The notes: a model not told the origin generated them from the letters alone. A stretch of 64,000 nt of DNA from a bacterium (GCA_037129835.1 JBAXUE010000002.1:2334-66333); one strand, 5' to 3'. Shown: positions 30,135 to 40,512, numbered from the stretch's first letter. Numbers and translations: made by a program.

Positions 30135-30205
30135 ACGAGAAGTAGGTACAAAAGGGTGTCGTCGCTAACAAGCGGCGGCACCCAGTGTCTTTTCTTGAAA
30201 TATCG

Positions 30206-30234
30206 TTGACAAAAGACTATATATTTACTATACT
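30206..30234 (+). promoter_or_regulatory. Consensus sigma70 promoter TTGACA-N17-TATACT for the rplC operon
   Basis: TTGACA at 30206-30211, a 17-nt spacer, and TATACT at 30229-30234. Confidence 0.55.
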
Positions 30235-30321
30235 TATTCATGCGTAAAAAAATACGTTAAACCGTCGAGGGATGGGCAAGTCCAAAGGATACTGTCTATC
30301 TGTCGAAATATATTTTGTTGA

Positions 30322-30369
30322 TTAAAATCCGCCTATGCAAAAAGCTACGGACGGACAAGAAGGCGAACA
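30322..30369 (+). promoter_or_regulatory. Leader segment upstream of rplC that duplicates the tuf leader
   Basis: AAAATCCGCCTATGCAAAAAGCTACGGACGGACAAGAAGGCGAACAATG versus the tuf leader. The shared core is ATCCGCCTAYG..GC.ACGGACGGACAAGAAGG.GA. Confidence 0.45.
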
Positions 30370-30999
30370 ATGAAGGCATTAATAGGTAAGAAAGTTGGAA
30401 TGACCCACATCTTTGATGAAAAGGGTAATGTAGTTCCTGTGACCGTCGTACAGGCGGGACCTTGTACTGTTGTTCAAGTTAAAACTGTAGAAATTGATGG
30501 CTATTCTGCCGTTCAGCTCGGTTTTGGCTTAAATAAAAGAATTAATAAACCGCTTGCCGGGCATGTAAAAGATTCAGGAGCAGTACCACGTACTTTGCGA
30601 GAATTTGAGATGACTGAGGATATCGCAAGCGAAAACGAAGAAACACCTTCTGCTATAAAAGTTGGTGATACATTTGACGTTTCTGTTTTCAGCGAAGGGG
30701 ATCAGCTCCAAGTAACTGGTACTTCCAAGGGTAAAGGATTTGCAGGTACTATAAAGCGTCATAATTTTACAACTGGTCCAAAGACACACGGATCACATAA
30801 TTATCGACAACCAGGCTCTATAGGTTCTGGCTATCCACAGCACGTCATGAAAGGCAAAAAGATGGCGGGTCAGATGGGCGCTGAACAAGTAAGCGTCAAA
30901 AACTTAAAAATTGTTAAAATTGATTTAGCCAACAATACCGTTGCGATAAAGGGTGCAGTACCCGGCCCTCGTAAAGGTTTAGTGATTTTGAGAGGTTAA
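30370..30999 (+). CDS. rplC: 50S ribosomal protein L3
   Basis: MKALIGKKVGMTHIFDEKG... canonical L3. Confidence 0.95.
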   Translation: MKALIGKKVGMTHIFDEKGNVVPVTVVQAGPCTVVQVKTVEIDGYSAVQLGFGLNKRINKPLAGHVKDSGAVPRTLREFEMTEDIASENEETPSAIKVGDTFDVSVFSEGDQLQVTGTSKGKGFAGTIKRHNFTTGPKTHGSHNYRQPGSIGSGYPQHVMKGKKMAGQMGAEQVSVKNLKIVKIDLANNTVAIKGAVPGPRKGLVILRG

Positions 31000-31000
31000 T

Positions 31001-31618
31001 GTGAAAGTTTCTGTATACAATCAAAAAGGTGAAGCAAAAGAATCTCGCGAAGTTAAGGCTCCGGTTTTTAACGTAGCGGTAAATCCTGCGCTTATTCATG
31101 AAGTAGTAGTATCTCAACAGGCCGATAGACGCCTCGCACCAGCAAAAGTAAAGACTAGAGCTGAAGTTCGTGGTGGCGGTAAAAAACCATATAAACAAAA
31201 GGGGACAGGTAGAGCCAGAACTGGTTCAATCAGAAATCCAATTTGGCGTGGTGGTGGTATCACTTTCGGTCCTACAGGGATTCAAAATTTTGCGTTAAAA
31301 GTACTTAAAAAGAAAAGACGAGGAGCTATTGTTTCTTCTCTCGCTTCAAGAAAAGACAATGTCGCCATTGTTGAGTCATTTGACTTTGAAAAAACTAAAG
31401 ACGTGGCTAATCTAGTTCCAAAAATACTGGAAAGAGGCCACATCCTTTTTGTTACAAATGTTATGACCGAAAAAACCATCCTTTCTACCAGAAATATTAA
31501 TAACGTTAGAGTCTGTGATTATAGAAATCTAAATGTTTATGACATTCTCTGGTCAGATAAGTTGGTATTCGTAGCAGATGCACTAGAATTGACCAATGAA
31601 TTTTGGGGGACAAAATAA
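31001..31618 (+). CDS. rplD: 50S ribosomal protein L4
   Basis: GTG start with a GAGAGG RBS. L4 signature KQKGTGRAR.GS.R.P.WRGGG..FGP. Confidence 0.93.
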   Translation: MKVSVYNQKGEAKESREVKAPVFNVAVNPALIHEVVVSQQADRRLAPAKVKTRAEVRGGGKKPYKQKGTGRARTGSIRNPIWRGGGITFGPTGIQNFALKVLKKKRRGAIVSSLASRKDNVAIVESFDFEKTKDVANLVPKILERGHILFVTNVMTEKTILSTRNINNVRVCDYRNLNVYDILWSDKLVFVADALELTNEFWGTK

Positions 31619-31902
31619 TGGAAATGTTAAAAGTATTAAAGCAACCAGTGATTTCAGAAAAAAGTTTCGCTTCTGCTGATGCTGGAAAATATGTTTTTGT
31701 TGTAGATAAAAAAGCGACTAAAACTGAGATCAAAAACGCGATTGAGAAATCATTTTCAGTAAACGTGACAGCTATCAATACCTTAATAGTTTCTGGAAAA
31801 GTTAAAAGATTCGGTAAATCATTTGGTAAAAGAAGCGACTTTAAAAAAGCGATTGTTACTCTCAAAAAGGGTCAGACAATCGAAGATTTTAAGGGGATAT
31901 AG
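31618..31902 (+). CDS. rplW: 50S ribosomal protein L23
   Basis: L23 fold signature (..P.ISEKS......KYVF.VD..A.K.EIK.A.E). The ATG overlaps the rplD stop (TAATG). Confidence 0.9.
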   Translation: MEMLKVLKQPVISEKSFASADAGKYVFVVDKKATKTEIKNAIEKSFSVNVTAINTLIVSGKVKRFGKSFGKRSDFKKAIVTLKKGQTIEDFKGI

Positions 31903-31905
31903 AAA

Positions 31906-32745
31906 ATGGGTATAAGATTAATCAAACCAACTAGTAACGCTCGCAGAGGAATGTCTGTTGACGATTTTGCTGATATCACAAAGAAAAGCCCAGAAAAGTC
32001 ACTCACTTTCCCTCTAAAGAGTCAGGCAGGCCGTAATTCACAAGGCAAGATAACTGTACGTCACCGTGGTGGTGGAGTAAAAAGACAGTATCGTTTAATC
32101 GATTTCAAGATGCTTGGAAATCAGACTGTTACTATTGAATCTATTGAATATGATCCAAATAGATCTGCTCGTATCGCACTTGTCGTAAAAGAAGATGGCA
32201 CAAAGGCTTACATCGTCTCTCCAATCGGAGCGAAGGTTGATGCAAAGTTTTCTTTCGGCACAGACGCTGAAATACGTCCAGGTAATCGAAAAATTCTAAA
32301 AGACATTCCAGTCGGAACAATTATTCACGCAGTTGAGCTACAGCCTAACAAGGGAGCACAAATGGCCCGTTCTGCAGGAACAAAGGCACAGCTTATGGCC
32401 AAAGAAGGTGGAATGATTCAGGTTAAGCTTCCTTCGGGAGAAATTCGTATTGTTAGCGAGGATTGTTCAGCTTCTATAGGTATAGTTTCAAATCCAGAGC
32501 ATGGTAACATAAAAATAGGTAAAGCTGGTCGCGTCCGGATGATGGGCTTCAGACCAACTGTACGTGGTAAAGCCATGAACCCAGTAGACCATCCACATGG
32601 TGGTGGTGAAGGTGGTACTTCCATCGCTCTTATGGGCGGTCCGAAGACACCATGGGGTAAACCAGCCTTGGGTAAGAAAACTAGAAACAAAAAGAAATTG
32701 TCTAGTAAGTATATTGTTAAAGGCCGTAAAAAGGGCCGCAGGTAG
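31906..32745 (+). CDS. rplB: 50S ribosomal protein L2
   Basis: Conserved L2 C-terminus (MNPVDHPHGGGEGG) and about 279 aa. Confidence 0.95.
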   Translation: MGIRLIKPTSNARRGMSVDDFADITKKSPEKSLTFPLKSQAGRNSQGKITVRHRGGGVKRQYRLIDFKMLGNQTVTIESIEYDPNRSARIALVVKEDGTKAYIVSPIGAKVDAKFSFGTDAEIRPGNRKILKDIPVGTIIHAVELQPNKGAQMARSAGTKAQLMAKEGGMIQVKLPSGEIRIVSEDCSASIGIVSNPEHGNIKIGKAGRVRMMGFRPTVRGKAMNPVDHPHGGGEGGTSIALMGGPKTPWGKPALGKKTRNKKKLSSKYIVKGRKKGRR

Positions 32746-32790
32746 GAATGTTAGTAGAGTATTTTACTCGCTAACGATTAAGGAGATAAT

Positions 32791-33063
32791 ATGTCACGAT
32801 CACTAAAAAAAGGACCATACATAGATGAACGACTTGTAAAAAAAGTCGATGCTCTTGGAAATGACAAAAAAGTTATCAAGACATGGTCCAGAGCCGCAGT
32901 AATAATTCCTGAGTTCGTCGGTCATACATTCGCAGTTCATAACGGAAAAGAACATATCCCAGTATTTGTATCAGAAAATATGGTAGGACATAAACTAGGT
33001 GAGTTTTCATTAACTAGAAAATTCCGTGGTCATGGCGGAAAACTTGCTAAGGGAAAGAAATAA
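32791..33063 (+). CDS. rpsS: 30S ribosomal protein S19
   Basis: [15 protein letters not shown]...N......IKTWSR...I.PE.VGHT.AVHNG signature. Confidence 0.95.
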   Translation: MSRSLKKGPYIDERLVKKVDALGNDKKVIKTWSRAAVIIPEFVGHTFAVHNGKEHIPVFVSENMVGHKLGEFSLTRKFRGHGGKLAKGKK

Positions 33064-33064
33064 G

Positions 33065-33514
33065 ATGGAAGTAAAGGCAGTAGAAAAATATATAAGGATT
33101 TCACCGAAAAAGGCTAGATTGGTCGCTGATGTTGTTCGTGGTGACAACGCTGTTAGTGCGCTTACTTCTCTTAAATTTATACCAAAGAAAGCAGCTCAGA
33201 TCATTTACAAGGCATTAGCATCAGCGGTCGCAAATGCCGAAAATAATTATAATTTAGATAAGTCAAAGCTAGTTATTTCTAAAATTACAATCGACAAAGG
33301 GCCAAGTCTCAAAAGATTTCGACCAAGATCAAAAGGTATGGCTTCAGCTCTACTTAAAAGGACTAGTCATATTACTGTAGTAGTTTCAGATTTGGGCAAA
33401 GACGTAGCGCCTGTCAAAAAGGTGGTTAAGCCAGTTGTTGAAGATAAAATAGCTAAAACAGAAGTAAAAAAGCCAGCGGCTAAGCCTGCTAAAAAAGCAG
33501 AGGAGAGCAAGTAA
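33065..33514 (+). CDS. rplV: 50S ribosomal protein L22 with a Lys/Ala-rich C-terminal extension
   Basis: MEVKAVEKYIRISPKKARLVADVVRG is the canonical L22 start. The extension is VKKPAAKPAKKAEESK. Confidence 0.9.
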   Translation: MEVKAVEKYIRISPKKARLVADVVRGDNAVSALTSLKFIPKKAAQIIYKALASAVANAENNYNLDKSKLVISKITIDKGPSLKRFRPRSKGMASALLKRTSHITVVVSDLGKDVAPVKKVVKPVVEDKIAKTEVKKPAAKPAKKAEESK

Positions 33515-34182
33515 TGGGTCATAAAGTAAATCCAATTAGTTTCAGACTGCAGGTTAATAAAAACTGGGCATCTCGTTGGTTTTCTAAAAAAGACTACGCT
33601 AAGATGCTTCACGAAGATATCAAAATTCGCCGATTTATACTTTCTGAACTAGGTATGCGAGCAGGTATTTCTACAGTTGAAATCGATCGTAATGCAAATC
33701 AAATCAGTATTACTATAAATACAGCTAAACCAGGGGTAGTTATTGGCCGAGGTGGAGCTGGAGCGACTGAGTTGCGCGCAAAACTAGGAAAACTTACAGA
33801 AGGTAAGATCAAGGATATTAATGTCTTTGAAGTAAAAAATCCTGATACAAATGCTCAGATTATTGCTGATAACATTTCTCAACAGTTAGAGCGTCGTATT
33901 GCATTTAAACGTGCTATGCGTCAAGCAATTGAAAAAGCACAGAAGGCGGGCGCTAAGGGTGTTAAGGTAATGGTTGGCGGACGTCTAAACGGTGCAGAAA
34001 TCGCTAGAAGCGAATTCGCCATTAAGGGCAAGATTCCTCTAGCTACAATTGATGCAGATATCCAATACGGCACAAGCCGTGCAAAAACTACTTATGGTAT
34101 TATAGGCGTAAAAGTTTGGGTATTTAACGGTATGAACGAAACCAAGAAGAAAAAGGTGGAGGTTGTCGATGTTGATGCCTAA
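33514..34182 (+). CDS. rpsC: 30S ribosomal protein S3
   Basis: [12 protein letters not shown]...W.S.WF KH domain followed by the S3 C-terminal domain. Confidence 0.95.
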   Translation: MGHKVNPISFRLQVNKNWASRWFSKKDYAKMLHEDIKIRRFILSELGMRAGISTVEIDRNANQISITINTAKPGVVIGRGGAGATELRAKLGKLTEGKIKDINVFEVKNPDTNAQIIADNISQQLERRIAFKRAMRQAIEKAQKAGAKGVKVMVGGRLNGAEIARSEFAIKGKIPLATIDADIQYGTSRAKTTYGIIGVKVWVFNGMNETKKKKVEVVDVDA

Positions 34183-34600
34183 GAAAACTAAATATCGCAA
34201 AATGCAAAAAAATCCACAAACTGGCAAGGCAACACGCGGCACCGAAATTGATTTCGGTAAGTATGCCATAAAGGCCTTGCAACCTGCGCTTATCACATCT
34301 CGTCAGATTGAGGCAGCTCGTCGAGCGATGACCAGATACGTAAAACGTGGTGGTAAGATCTGGATCAGGATTTTTCCTGACAAACCAATAACCAAGAAGC
34401 CTAACGAAGTTCGTATGGGTAGTGGTAAGGGAAATATCGATCATTATGCAGCAGTTGTTAAGCCAGGTAGGATATTGTTTGAAATGGACGGAGTAACACC
34501 GGAAATTGCCAAAGAAGCCTTGCGACTTGCAGCACATAAACTACCGATCAAGACAAAAATATTAGTCAAAGATCATGGGGGAGAAACAGATGAAAGCTAA
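34169..34600 (+). CDS. rplP: 50S ribosomal protein L16
   Basis: [11 protein letters not shown]... canonical L16 start. The ORF-track start at 34163 adds 2 aa. Confidence 0.93.
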   Translation: MLMPKKTKYRKMQKNPQTGKATRGTEIDFGKYAIKALQPALITSRQIEAARRAMTRYVKRGGKIWIRIFPDKPITKKPNEVRMGSGKGNIDHYAAVVKPGRILFEMDGVTPEIAKEALRLAAHKLPIKTKILVKDHGGETDES

Positions 34601-34841
34601 AGAATTAACCGAAAAAGATAACAAAAGTCTTCTGAAGCTACTCGCTGACACTCAGACAAAATTATTGAAAGATAGATTTGCGATAGCAGGTAAAGAGCTT
34701 AACAAAGTAACCGAAATAGCATCTAGCCGTAAGCTTATTGCACAGATAAAGACAGTAATGAGAGAAAAAGAGATTTTTGAGGCCGAAAAATTGACAACTG
34801 CGACGAAACCAAAAGCAGCAGATGTACAGGGAGAAAAGTAA
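34590..34841 (+). CDS. rpmC: 50S ribosomal protein L29 with a C-terminal extension
   Basis: The MKAKEL.EK....L..LL start matches L29, followed by an extra roughly 20-aa tail. Confidence 0.85.
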   Translation: MKAKELTEKDNKSLLKLLADTQTKLLKDRFAIAGKELNKVTEIASSRKLIAQIKTVMREKEIFEAEKLTTATKPKAADVQGEK

Positions 34842-35092
34842 TGAAAAGAGTACTTAAGGGTACGGTTGTTTCAGACAAGATGACAAAGACTATTGTAGTT
34901 CTAGTTGAGCGAGTCAAAGAACATCCGTTATACAAGAAAAAATATAAAGTTACGACAAAGTTTAGTGTTCATGATGAAAACAATGAAGCAAAAATGAATG
35001 ACAAAGTTGAAATAGAAGAATCAAGACCGCTATCTGCTACAAAGCGTTGGACGCTCAAAAAAGTTTTAACCGCTAAGGATTTGGAGAAATAA
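34841..35092 (+). CDS. rpsQ: 30S ribosomal protein S17
   Basis: [17 protein letters not shown]...HPLYKK S17 signature. Confidence 0.93.
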   Translation: MKRVLKGTVVSDKMTKTIVVLVERVKEHPLYKKKYKVTTKFSVHDENNEAKMNDKVEIEESRPLSATKRWTLKKVLTAKDLEK

Positions 35093-35093
35093 G

Positions 35094-35462
35094 ATGATCC
35101 AACATATGACAAGAATGAAAGTTGCCGATAATACGGGCGCCAAAGAAGTGCTCTGTATTAAGGTACTTGGTGGTTCAAAACGACGTTATGCGAGCTTGGG
35201 TGATATTATAGTCTGCTCAGTAAAGTCAGCGATGCCAGGTGGTAATGCAAAGAAAAAAGAGGTGGCTAGAGCAGTGGTTGTAAGAACGGCTCAAGAATTT
35301 TCCCGCAAAGACGGTTCGACAATAAAATTTGATGATAATGCAGTTGTCTTGATTGACAAAAATAATCAGCCCAGGGGAACTCGTATCTTCGGTCCTGTTG
35401 CGCGTGAATTACGTGAAAAAGGCTATATGAAGATAGTTTCTCTTGCGCCGGAGGTACTATAG
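35094..35462 (+). CDS. rplN: 50S ribosomal protein L14
   Basis: MIQ..T...VADN.GAK...CIKVLGG signature. Confidence 0.95.
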   Translation: MIQHMTRMKVADNTGAKEVLCIKVLGGSKRRYASLGDIIVCSVKSAMPGGNAKKKEVARAVVVRTAQEFSRKDGSTIKFDDNAVVLIDKNNQPRGTRIFGPVARELREKGYMKIVSLAPEVL

Positions 35463-35469
35463 GATAGTT

Positions 35470-35784
35470 ATGAAGATATTAAAGAATGACAAAGTATATA
35501 TAATCTCAGGTAAAGACAAAGGCAAGACTGGTGAAGTGTCTAGAGCACTTCCGAAATCTGGTCAAGTAATTGTCGCCGGTCTTAATATTGTGAAAAAAGC
35601 CGTTAAGCCAAGCAAGAAAAATCCTGCCGGCGGTATCATTGAAGTAGCAAAGCCATTGCCAATATCAAATGTAGCACTTGTCTGTGCCAAATGTGGTAAA
35701 CCAACAAGAGTAGCTTATTTAATAGCAAAAGATGGCAAAAAATCACGGGTATGCAAAAAATGCCAAGCGGTAGTGAAGGAGTAA
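35470..35784 (+). CDS. rplX: 50S ribosomal protein L24
   Basis: KOW motif (KVYIISGKDKGKTGEV). ATG at 35470. Confidence 0.9.
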   Translation: MKILKNDKVYIISGKDKGKTGEVSRALPKSGQVIVAGLNIVKKAVKPSKKNPAGGIIEVAKPLPISNVALVCAKCGKPTRVAYLIAKDGKKSRVCKKCQAVVKE

Positions 35785-35788
35785 TGTA

Positions 35789-36334
35789 ATGGCAAGAATG
35801 AAAGATTACTACAAAGAAAAAGTCGCCGCAGAGCTTCAATCTGAGTTTGGATACAAAAATATATTTCAGATTCCTAAGATTACAAAAGTGGTAGTAAACG
35901 CTGGAGTAGGCAGAGCTATCGTAGATTCAAAGAAACTTGATGAGGTAGTCGCCGGGATCGCTAAGTTAACCGCACAAGCACCTGTAGTAACCAAGGCTAG
36001 AAAATCAATAGCTGGATTTAAACTTCGTGAAGAGATGAATATTGGCGCAACGGTAACTCTAAGAGGCGATATAATGTATGAATTTCTAGATCGACTCGTA
36101 AACATTACATTACCTAGAGTCAGGGATTTCCGTGGGCTTAAGCCAAACGCGTTTGATGGTCATGGTAATTACAGTTTAGGGATTAAAGAACATGGTGTTT
36201 TTTCAGAAATCAGTTTTGAAGAAGCAATGAGTCCATTCGGTTTACAAGTCAACATTGCTACGACAGCGAAAACTGACGATGAAGGTAGAGCATTACTTAA
36301 AAAATTAGGATTTCCTTTTAAGGATCAGGGGTAG
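35789..36334 (+). CDS. rplE: 50S ribosomal protein L5
   Basis: L5 signature across about 181 aa. Confidence 0.95.
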   Translation: MARMKDYYKEKVAAELQSEFGYKNIFQIPKITKVVVNAGVGRAIVDSKKLDEVVAGIAKLTAQAPVVTKARKSIAGFKLREEMNIGATVTLRGDIMYEFLDRLVNITLPRVRDFRGLKPNAFDGHGNYSLGIKEHGVFSEISFEEAMSPFGLQVNIATTAKTDDEGRALLKKLGFPFKDQG

Positions 36335-36336
36335 AG

Positions 36337-36522
36337 ATGGCAAAAAAATCATTAATTGCAAAAGCAAAAAAAACACCAAAGTTTTCAAGCAGACAATATA
36401 ACCGTTGTGCACTATGTGGTCGAGCACACGGGTATCTGCGCAAGTTCGATATGTGCCGTATATGTTTTAGGGAACTAGCAAATAAGGGAGAAATCCCAGG
36501 TGTCACGAAGTCTAGCTGGTAA
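36337..36522 (+). CDS. rpsZ: 30S ribosomal protein S14 type Z (zinc-binding)
   Basis: 61 aa with CALCGR...CRIC (two CxxC pairs). Confidence 0.93.
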   Translation: MAKKSLIAKAKKTPKFSSRQYNRCALCGRAHGYLRKFDMCRICFRELANKGEIPGVTKSSW

Positions 36523-36546
36523 CAGCACTTTGATTAAGGAGAAAAG

Positions 36547-36924
36547 ATGTCAATAACAGATCCAATAGCAGATATGCTAACAAGAATCAGAAATGCCAGG
36601 CTTGTTCAAAAGAACAACGTTATTATTCCTGCTTCCAAAATCAAAGTCGAAATTCTTAAGGTTCTTAAGAAAGAAGGCTATATCGGTGATTTTGTTTTAG
36701 AGAATAGCGGGGCAACCATCCTAGCTAATTTAGAAAATACTGAAATGCAAAAAGCCATCCGCGTTTCAAAACCAGGCCGTAGAGTTTACGCAGGTAAAGA
36801 GGAAATTCCAAGCATCCTTCAGGGGCAAGGCTTGGTAATTATCTCAACATCTAAGGGTGTTATGAGCGGCAAAGAAGCTAAGAAGCTTGGTCTCGGTGGT
36901 GAATTAATTTGTAAGGTGTGGTAG
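36547..36924 (+). CDS. rpsH: 30S ribosomal protein S8
   Basis: MSITDPIADMLTRIRNA canonical S8 start. Confidence 0.95.
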   Translation: MSITDPIADMLTRIRNARLVQKNNVIIPASKIKVEILKVLKKEGYIGDFVLENSGATILANLENTEMQKAIRVSKPGRRVYAGKEEIPSILQGQGLVIISTSKGVMSGKEAKKLGLGGELICKVW

Positions 36925-36933
36925 GAGAATAAG

Positions 36934-37470
36934 ATGTCAAGAATTGGAAAATTACCTATTATAATACCGTCAGGAGTCACCACGACTATTGTTGATCAAG
37001 AGATAACAGTCACGGGTCCAAAAGGTGAGTTAAAATATATTTTCAACCCAAAGATCACTGTTGTGGAGAGCGAAGGCGCTTTGAAGATTGGCAGAACAGT
37101 AGAAGATGTAGAATCAGCTGAACTTCATGGTTTATCCAGAACACTTATAAACAATATGGTTTTAGGTGTTTCAACTCCTTTCAAAAAAGAGCTCGAGATT
37201 AACGGTATCGGTTATAGAGCAGCAGTTTCAGGGAAGAAACTTACTTTGAACCTTGGTTATTCTCATCCTATAGATTATATTGCCCCAGAAGGAATAAATA
37301 TTTCTGTAGAAAAGAATGTGATTACAGTAAGCGGTGTCGATAAGCAACTTGTCGGTCAAGTATCTGCTGATATCAGAGCATTCAGAAAACCAGAGCCTTA
37401 TAAAGGTAAGGGTATCAAATATATGACAGAACATATCAGAAGGAAAGCCGGTAAAACGGGTAGTAAGTAG
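36934..37470 (+). CDS. rplF: 50S ribosomal protein L6
   Basis: MSRIGK.PI.IP.GV two-domain L6. Confidence 0.95.
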   Translation: MSRIGKLPIIIPSGVTTTIVDQEITVTGPKGELKYIFNPKITVVESEGALKIGRTVEDVESAELHGLSRTLINNMVLGVSTPFKKELEINGIGYRAAVSGKKLTLNLGYSHPIDYIAPEGINISVEKNVITVSGVDKQLVGQVSADIRAFRKPEPYKGKGIKYMTEHIRRKAGKTGSK

Positions 37471-37479
37471 GAGCATTAG

Positions 37480-37824
37480 ATGTTAGAAAGATTCGCAAAA
37501 AAAGAACGTAGACAGAATAGGATTAGAAGTAAGGTGTCTGGCACTGAATCTAGGCCTAGGCTTTCTGTTAGTGTTAGTAATTTACATATAATTGCTCAAA
37601 TAATTGATGATGTAAACGGTAAGACACTTGCATACACTGATGATATCACGACAAAAATGGTCGGTACCAAAACAGTCAAGGCAGCAAAAGTGGGTGAAAA
37701 TATTGCTGAGCTTGCCTTGAAACAAAAAGTAAATGAAGTGGTCTTTGACCGAGGTGGAAAGCTTTATCACGGTCGGGTTAAAGCACTTGCAGAAGCTGCG
37801 AGAGCAAAAGGACTTAAATTTTAG
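37480..37824 (+). CDS. rplR: 50S ribosomal protein L18
   Basis: L18 signature (R.R...K..GT..RPRL.V..SN.HI.AQ.IDD). Confidence 0.93.
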   Translation: MLERFAKKERRQNRIRSKVSGTESRPRLSVSVSNLHIIAQIIDDVNGKTLAYTDDITTKMVGTKTVKAAKVGENIAELALKQKVNEVVFDRGGKLYHGRVKALAEAARAKGLKF

Positions 37825-37829
37825 GAGTT

Positions 37830-38426
37830 ATGATGAGAGACAATTTTAGCAGAGACAACAGAGGAATAGACCAAGAACCTCCAGAATTTGAGGAAAAAGT
37901 TATTCAAATTGATAGAGTTACTCGTGTGGTTAAGGGCGGACGTAGAATGAGATTTAGAGCTACCGTAGTTGTTGGTAATAAAAAAGGCAAAGTCGGAGTT
38001 GGTGTCGAAAAGGGCAACGAAGTAATGACAGCGGTCCAAAAAGCCACAAATAGGGCTAAAAGTAATATAGTTACTATTAACCTAAACGGAACTACTATTT
38101 TACACGAAGTTTCCGCAAGGCTTGCTGGCGCATATGTTTTCTTGAAACCAGCCTCTGAAGGAACTGGCGTTATCGCTGGTGGAGCAGTTAGAGCAGTACT
38201 CGAAGCAGCCGGCGTCAAAGACATACTATCAAAGATGATTGGATCAAACTCCAAGATTAATAATGCATATGCCACCGTGGCAGCACTCGAGAGTCTTAAA
38301 AAGGCTCCAGAAGTGACCGCAGTGGTAGAGAAAAAGACTACAAAAAAAGTAGAAGTAGAGACAGCCGAAGTTAAAAAACCAGAAGCCAAAAAAACCAAAA
38401 AAGAATTAGTGGAAGAGGCTAAATAA
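37830..38426 (+). CDS. rpsE: 30S ribosomal protein S5 with a Lys-rich C-terminal extension
   Basis: S5 dsRBD-like domain plus C-terminal domain ([22 protein letters not shown]). The extension is about 40 aa. Confidence 0.93.
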   Translation: MMRDNFSRDNRGIDQEPPEFEEKVIQIDRVTRVVKGGRRMRFRATVVVGNKKGKVGVGVEKGNEVMTAVQKATNRAKSNIVTINLNGTTILHEVSARLAGAYVFLKPASEGTGVIAGGAVRAVLEAAGVKDILSKMIGSNSKINNAYATVAALESLKKAPEVTAVVEKKTTKKVEVETAEVKKPEAKKTKKELVEEAK

Positions 38427-38872
38427 TGAAATTAGAAAATTTATTTGGAAATGTTAAAAAAGATGCCAAGAGGGTTGGCCGTGGTATCGGCTCAGGAAAA
38501 GGCAAAACTGCAGGCAGGGGAACCAAGGGGCAACTTTCACGTACTGGTAAAAAGATTCGACCTGGATTTGAAGGTGGTCAATTACCTTTAGCTCAAAGAG
38601 TTCCAAAGAAGCCTGGATTCAAGTCATTATCTCCTAAAGCTGTTACGATTACTTTAGATAAATTAAATGGTATTAAAGCTGGAAGCAAAATCAACTCAGC
38701 AAAGTTATTCGAGATGGGCCTAATAAGTACACTAACCGAAAAGTTTAAGATAGTTGCAAATGATAAATATGACAACAGTCTGGTCCTCGATACTCTAGCA
38801 ATTTCTGAAGGTGCTAAAAAAATAGTAGAAAAAACAGCAAAAAAGACAGAAACCATAGTAGAGACTAAATAA
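38426..38872 (+). CDS. rplO: 50S ribosomal protein L15
   Basis: MKLENL......[21 protein letters not shown] signature. It directly follows rpsE with no L30 gene between them. Confidence 0.93.
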   Translation: MKLENLFGNVKKDAKRVGRGIGSGKGKTAGRGTKGQLSRTGKKIRPGFEGGQLPLAQRVPKKPGFKSLSPKAVTITLDKLNGIKAGSKINSAKLFEMGLISTLTEKFKIVANDKYDNSLVLDTLAISEGAKKIVEKTAKKTETIVETK

Positions 38873-38886
38873 TCCGGGAGGCACAA

Positions 38887-40200
38887 TTGGGCTATTTGAA
38901 GAGAATTTTTGCTAGTAAAGACCTTTTAAAGAAGATTTTATTTGTAGTCGGTCTTTTATTTGTCTATAGATTTATCTCACACATACCAATTCCTGGACCA
39001 GACCCTAAACTAGTTAAAGATTTCTTGAGCAGTAATATTTTGGGTAACAATCAGGTATTGTCATTTTTGGACATTTTTTCTGGAGGCAGTATCAGCCGGT
39101 TTTCTATTGCTATGCTTGCAGTCGGACCGTATATTACCGCCAGTATTATTACCCAGTTGCTTACTATAGTGGTACCAAGTTTTGAGAGTTTGAATAAAGA
39201 AGGCGAGCAGGGAAGAAATAAAATCAACCAGTACTCTAGATTAATGGCTATTCCGATAGCGTTAGTAGAAGGTTTTGGCATGATTAGACTACTCCAGTCC
39301 GCCAGCTCGGGCGCGAATATGACCTTTTTAAATAATCTTTCTATTTGGCAATGGGCCGTAATGCTTTCTAGTATTACTGCTGGGACAATGATTTTGATGT
39401 GGCTTGGTGAGCTGATTACAGAAAAGGGAATCGGGAATGGTATCAGTATCATCATTTTTTCCGGAATTATAGCTAAATTACCACAAACTATTGGTCAGAC
39501 AATGCAGAAACTATTTATAGGTGACTTCGAGGCAACCGAGCTAATTAAGGTTGTATTAATAGCCGGCCTTACAGTACTAGTGATTAGCCTTATCGTATTT
39601 ATCACCGAGGCAATGAGAAAAATACCTATTTCTTATGCAAAGAAAATAAGAGGGGATAAGCTCTACGGTGGAATTGACACATTTCTTCCCCTTAAGCTTA
39701 ATATGTCCGGAGTAATCCCGATTATCTTCGCAAGTGCCTTTATGAACATCCCTTCATTTATTGGCTTCTTGAGTACCGCGAAGACACAGTGGATTGCGAA
39801 CGCCTCGAAGTTTATCCAAACTACATTTGCTCCCACTGCAAACGCTTATGGTATAGCTTTGTTTGTATTGGTATTCACTTTTACTTTTTTCTCTACTTAT
39901 ATCTATTTCAAGCCGAACGAAGTAGCGGAGAATCTTCAAAAACAAGGCGGATTTATCCCAGGTATTAGGCCAGGAACACAAACCGAGAAATATTTAAATT
40001 TCTTAATTAACAGAATTACTCTATGGGGTGCAATATTTTTGAGCATGATTGCTGTATTGCCATTCCTTTTGAAACCAATTACAAACGACCCTAATCTCGT
40101 GGTTGGTGGGACAAGTATGCTTATCGTTGTTGGGGTAGCAATTGAGATCAAAAGTCAGTTGGACGCACAGTTAATAACAAGAAGTTATGAAGAGTTCTAA
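38887..40200 (+). CDS. secY: Preprotein translocase subunit SecY
   Basis: 10-TM topology with SecY signature segments. TTG start. Confidence 0.93.
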   Translation: MGYLKRIFASKDLLKKILFVVGLLFVYRFISHIPIPGPDPKLVKDFLSSNILGNNQVLSFLDIFSGGSISRFSIAMLAVGPYITASIITQLLTIVVPSFESLNKEGEQGRNKINQYSRLMAIPIALVEGFGMIRLLQSASSGANMTFLNNLSIWQWAVMLSSITAGTMILMWLGELITEKGIGNGISIIIFSGIIAKLPQTIGQTMQKLFIGDFEATELIKVVLIAGLTVLVISLIVFITEAMRKIPISYAKKIRGDKLYGGIDTFLPLKLNMSGVIPIIFASAFMNIPSFIGFLSTAKTQWIANASKFIQTTFAPTANAYGIALFVLVFTFTFFSTYIYFKPNEVAENLQKQGGFIPGIRPGTQTEKYLNFLINRITLWGAIFLSMIAVLPFLLKPITNDPNLVVGGTSMLIVVGVAIEIKSQLDAQLITRSYEEF

Positions 40201-40272
40201 AATAACTCTTGTAAATAGAAAGTATTTTGTGTATAATTTATTATTGTCCAAGAAGGGATATATTTACAGATA

Positions 40273-40512
40273 ATGAGTGGTACAAAGGAAGTAATCGAAT
40301 TAATGGGAACCGTCCTTGAAACTCTACCAAACGCAATGTTTCGCGTAGAGCTAGAGAACGGACATGTTATTTTAGCTCATATTTCCGGGAAAATGAGAAT
40401 GCATTATATCAAGATTCTCCCTGGTGATAAGGTAACGGTTGAGATGACTCCATATGACCTTACAAAAGGTCGTGTAGTCTTCCGCCACAAGGAAGTTCGT
40501 AATGAAGGTTAG
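40273..40512 (+). CDS. infA: Translation initiation factor IF-1
   Basis: S1-like OB fold ([27 protein letters not shown]...I.ILPGD.V.VE..PYDL.KGR...R). Confidence 0.93.
   Translation: MSGTKEVIELMGTVLETLPNAMFRVELENGHVILAHISGKMRMHYIKILPGDKVTVEMTPYDLTKGRVVFRHKEVRNEG

Noticed and set aside
29790-30171. Minus-strand ORFs 29790-30110 and 29920-30171 in the GC-rich island
   Set aside because: The high local GC opens frames on both strands. Only the plus-strand ORF has a consensus promoter and a GGAGGG RBS, so the minus-strand ORFs are treated as spurious.
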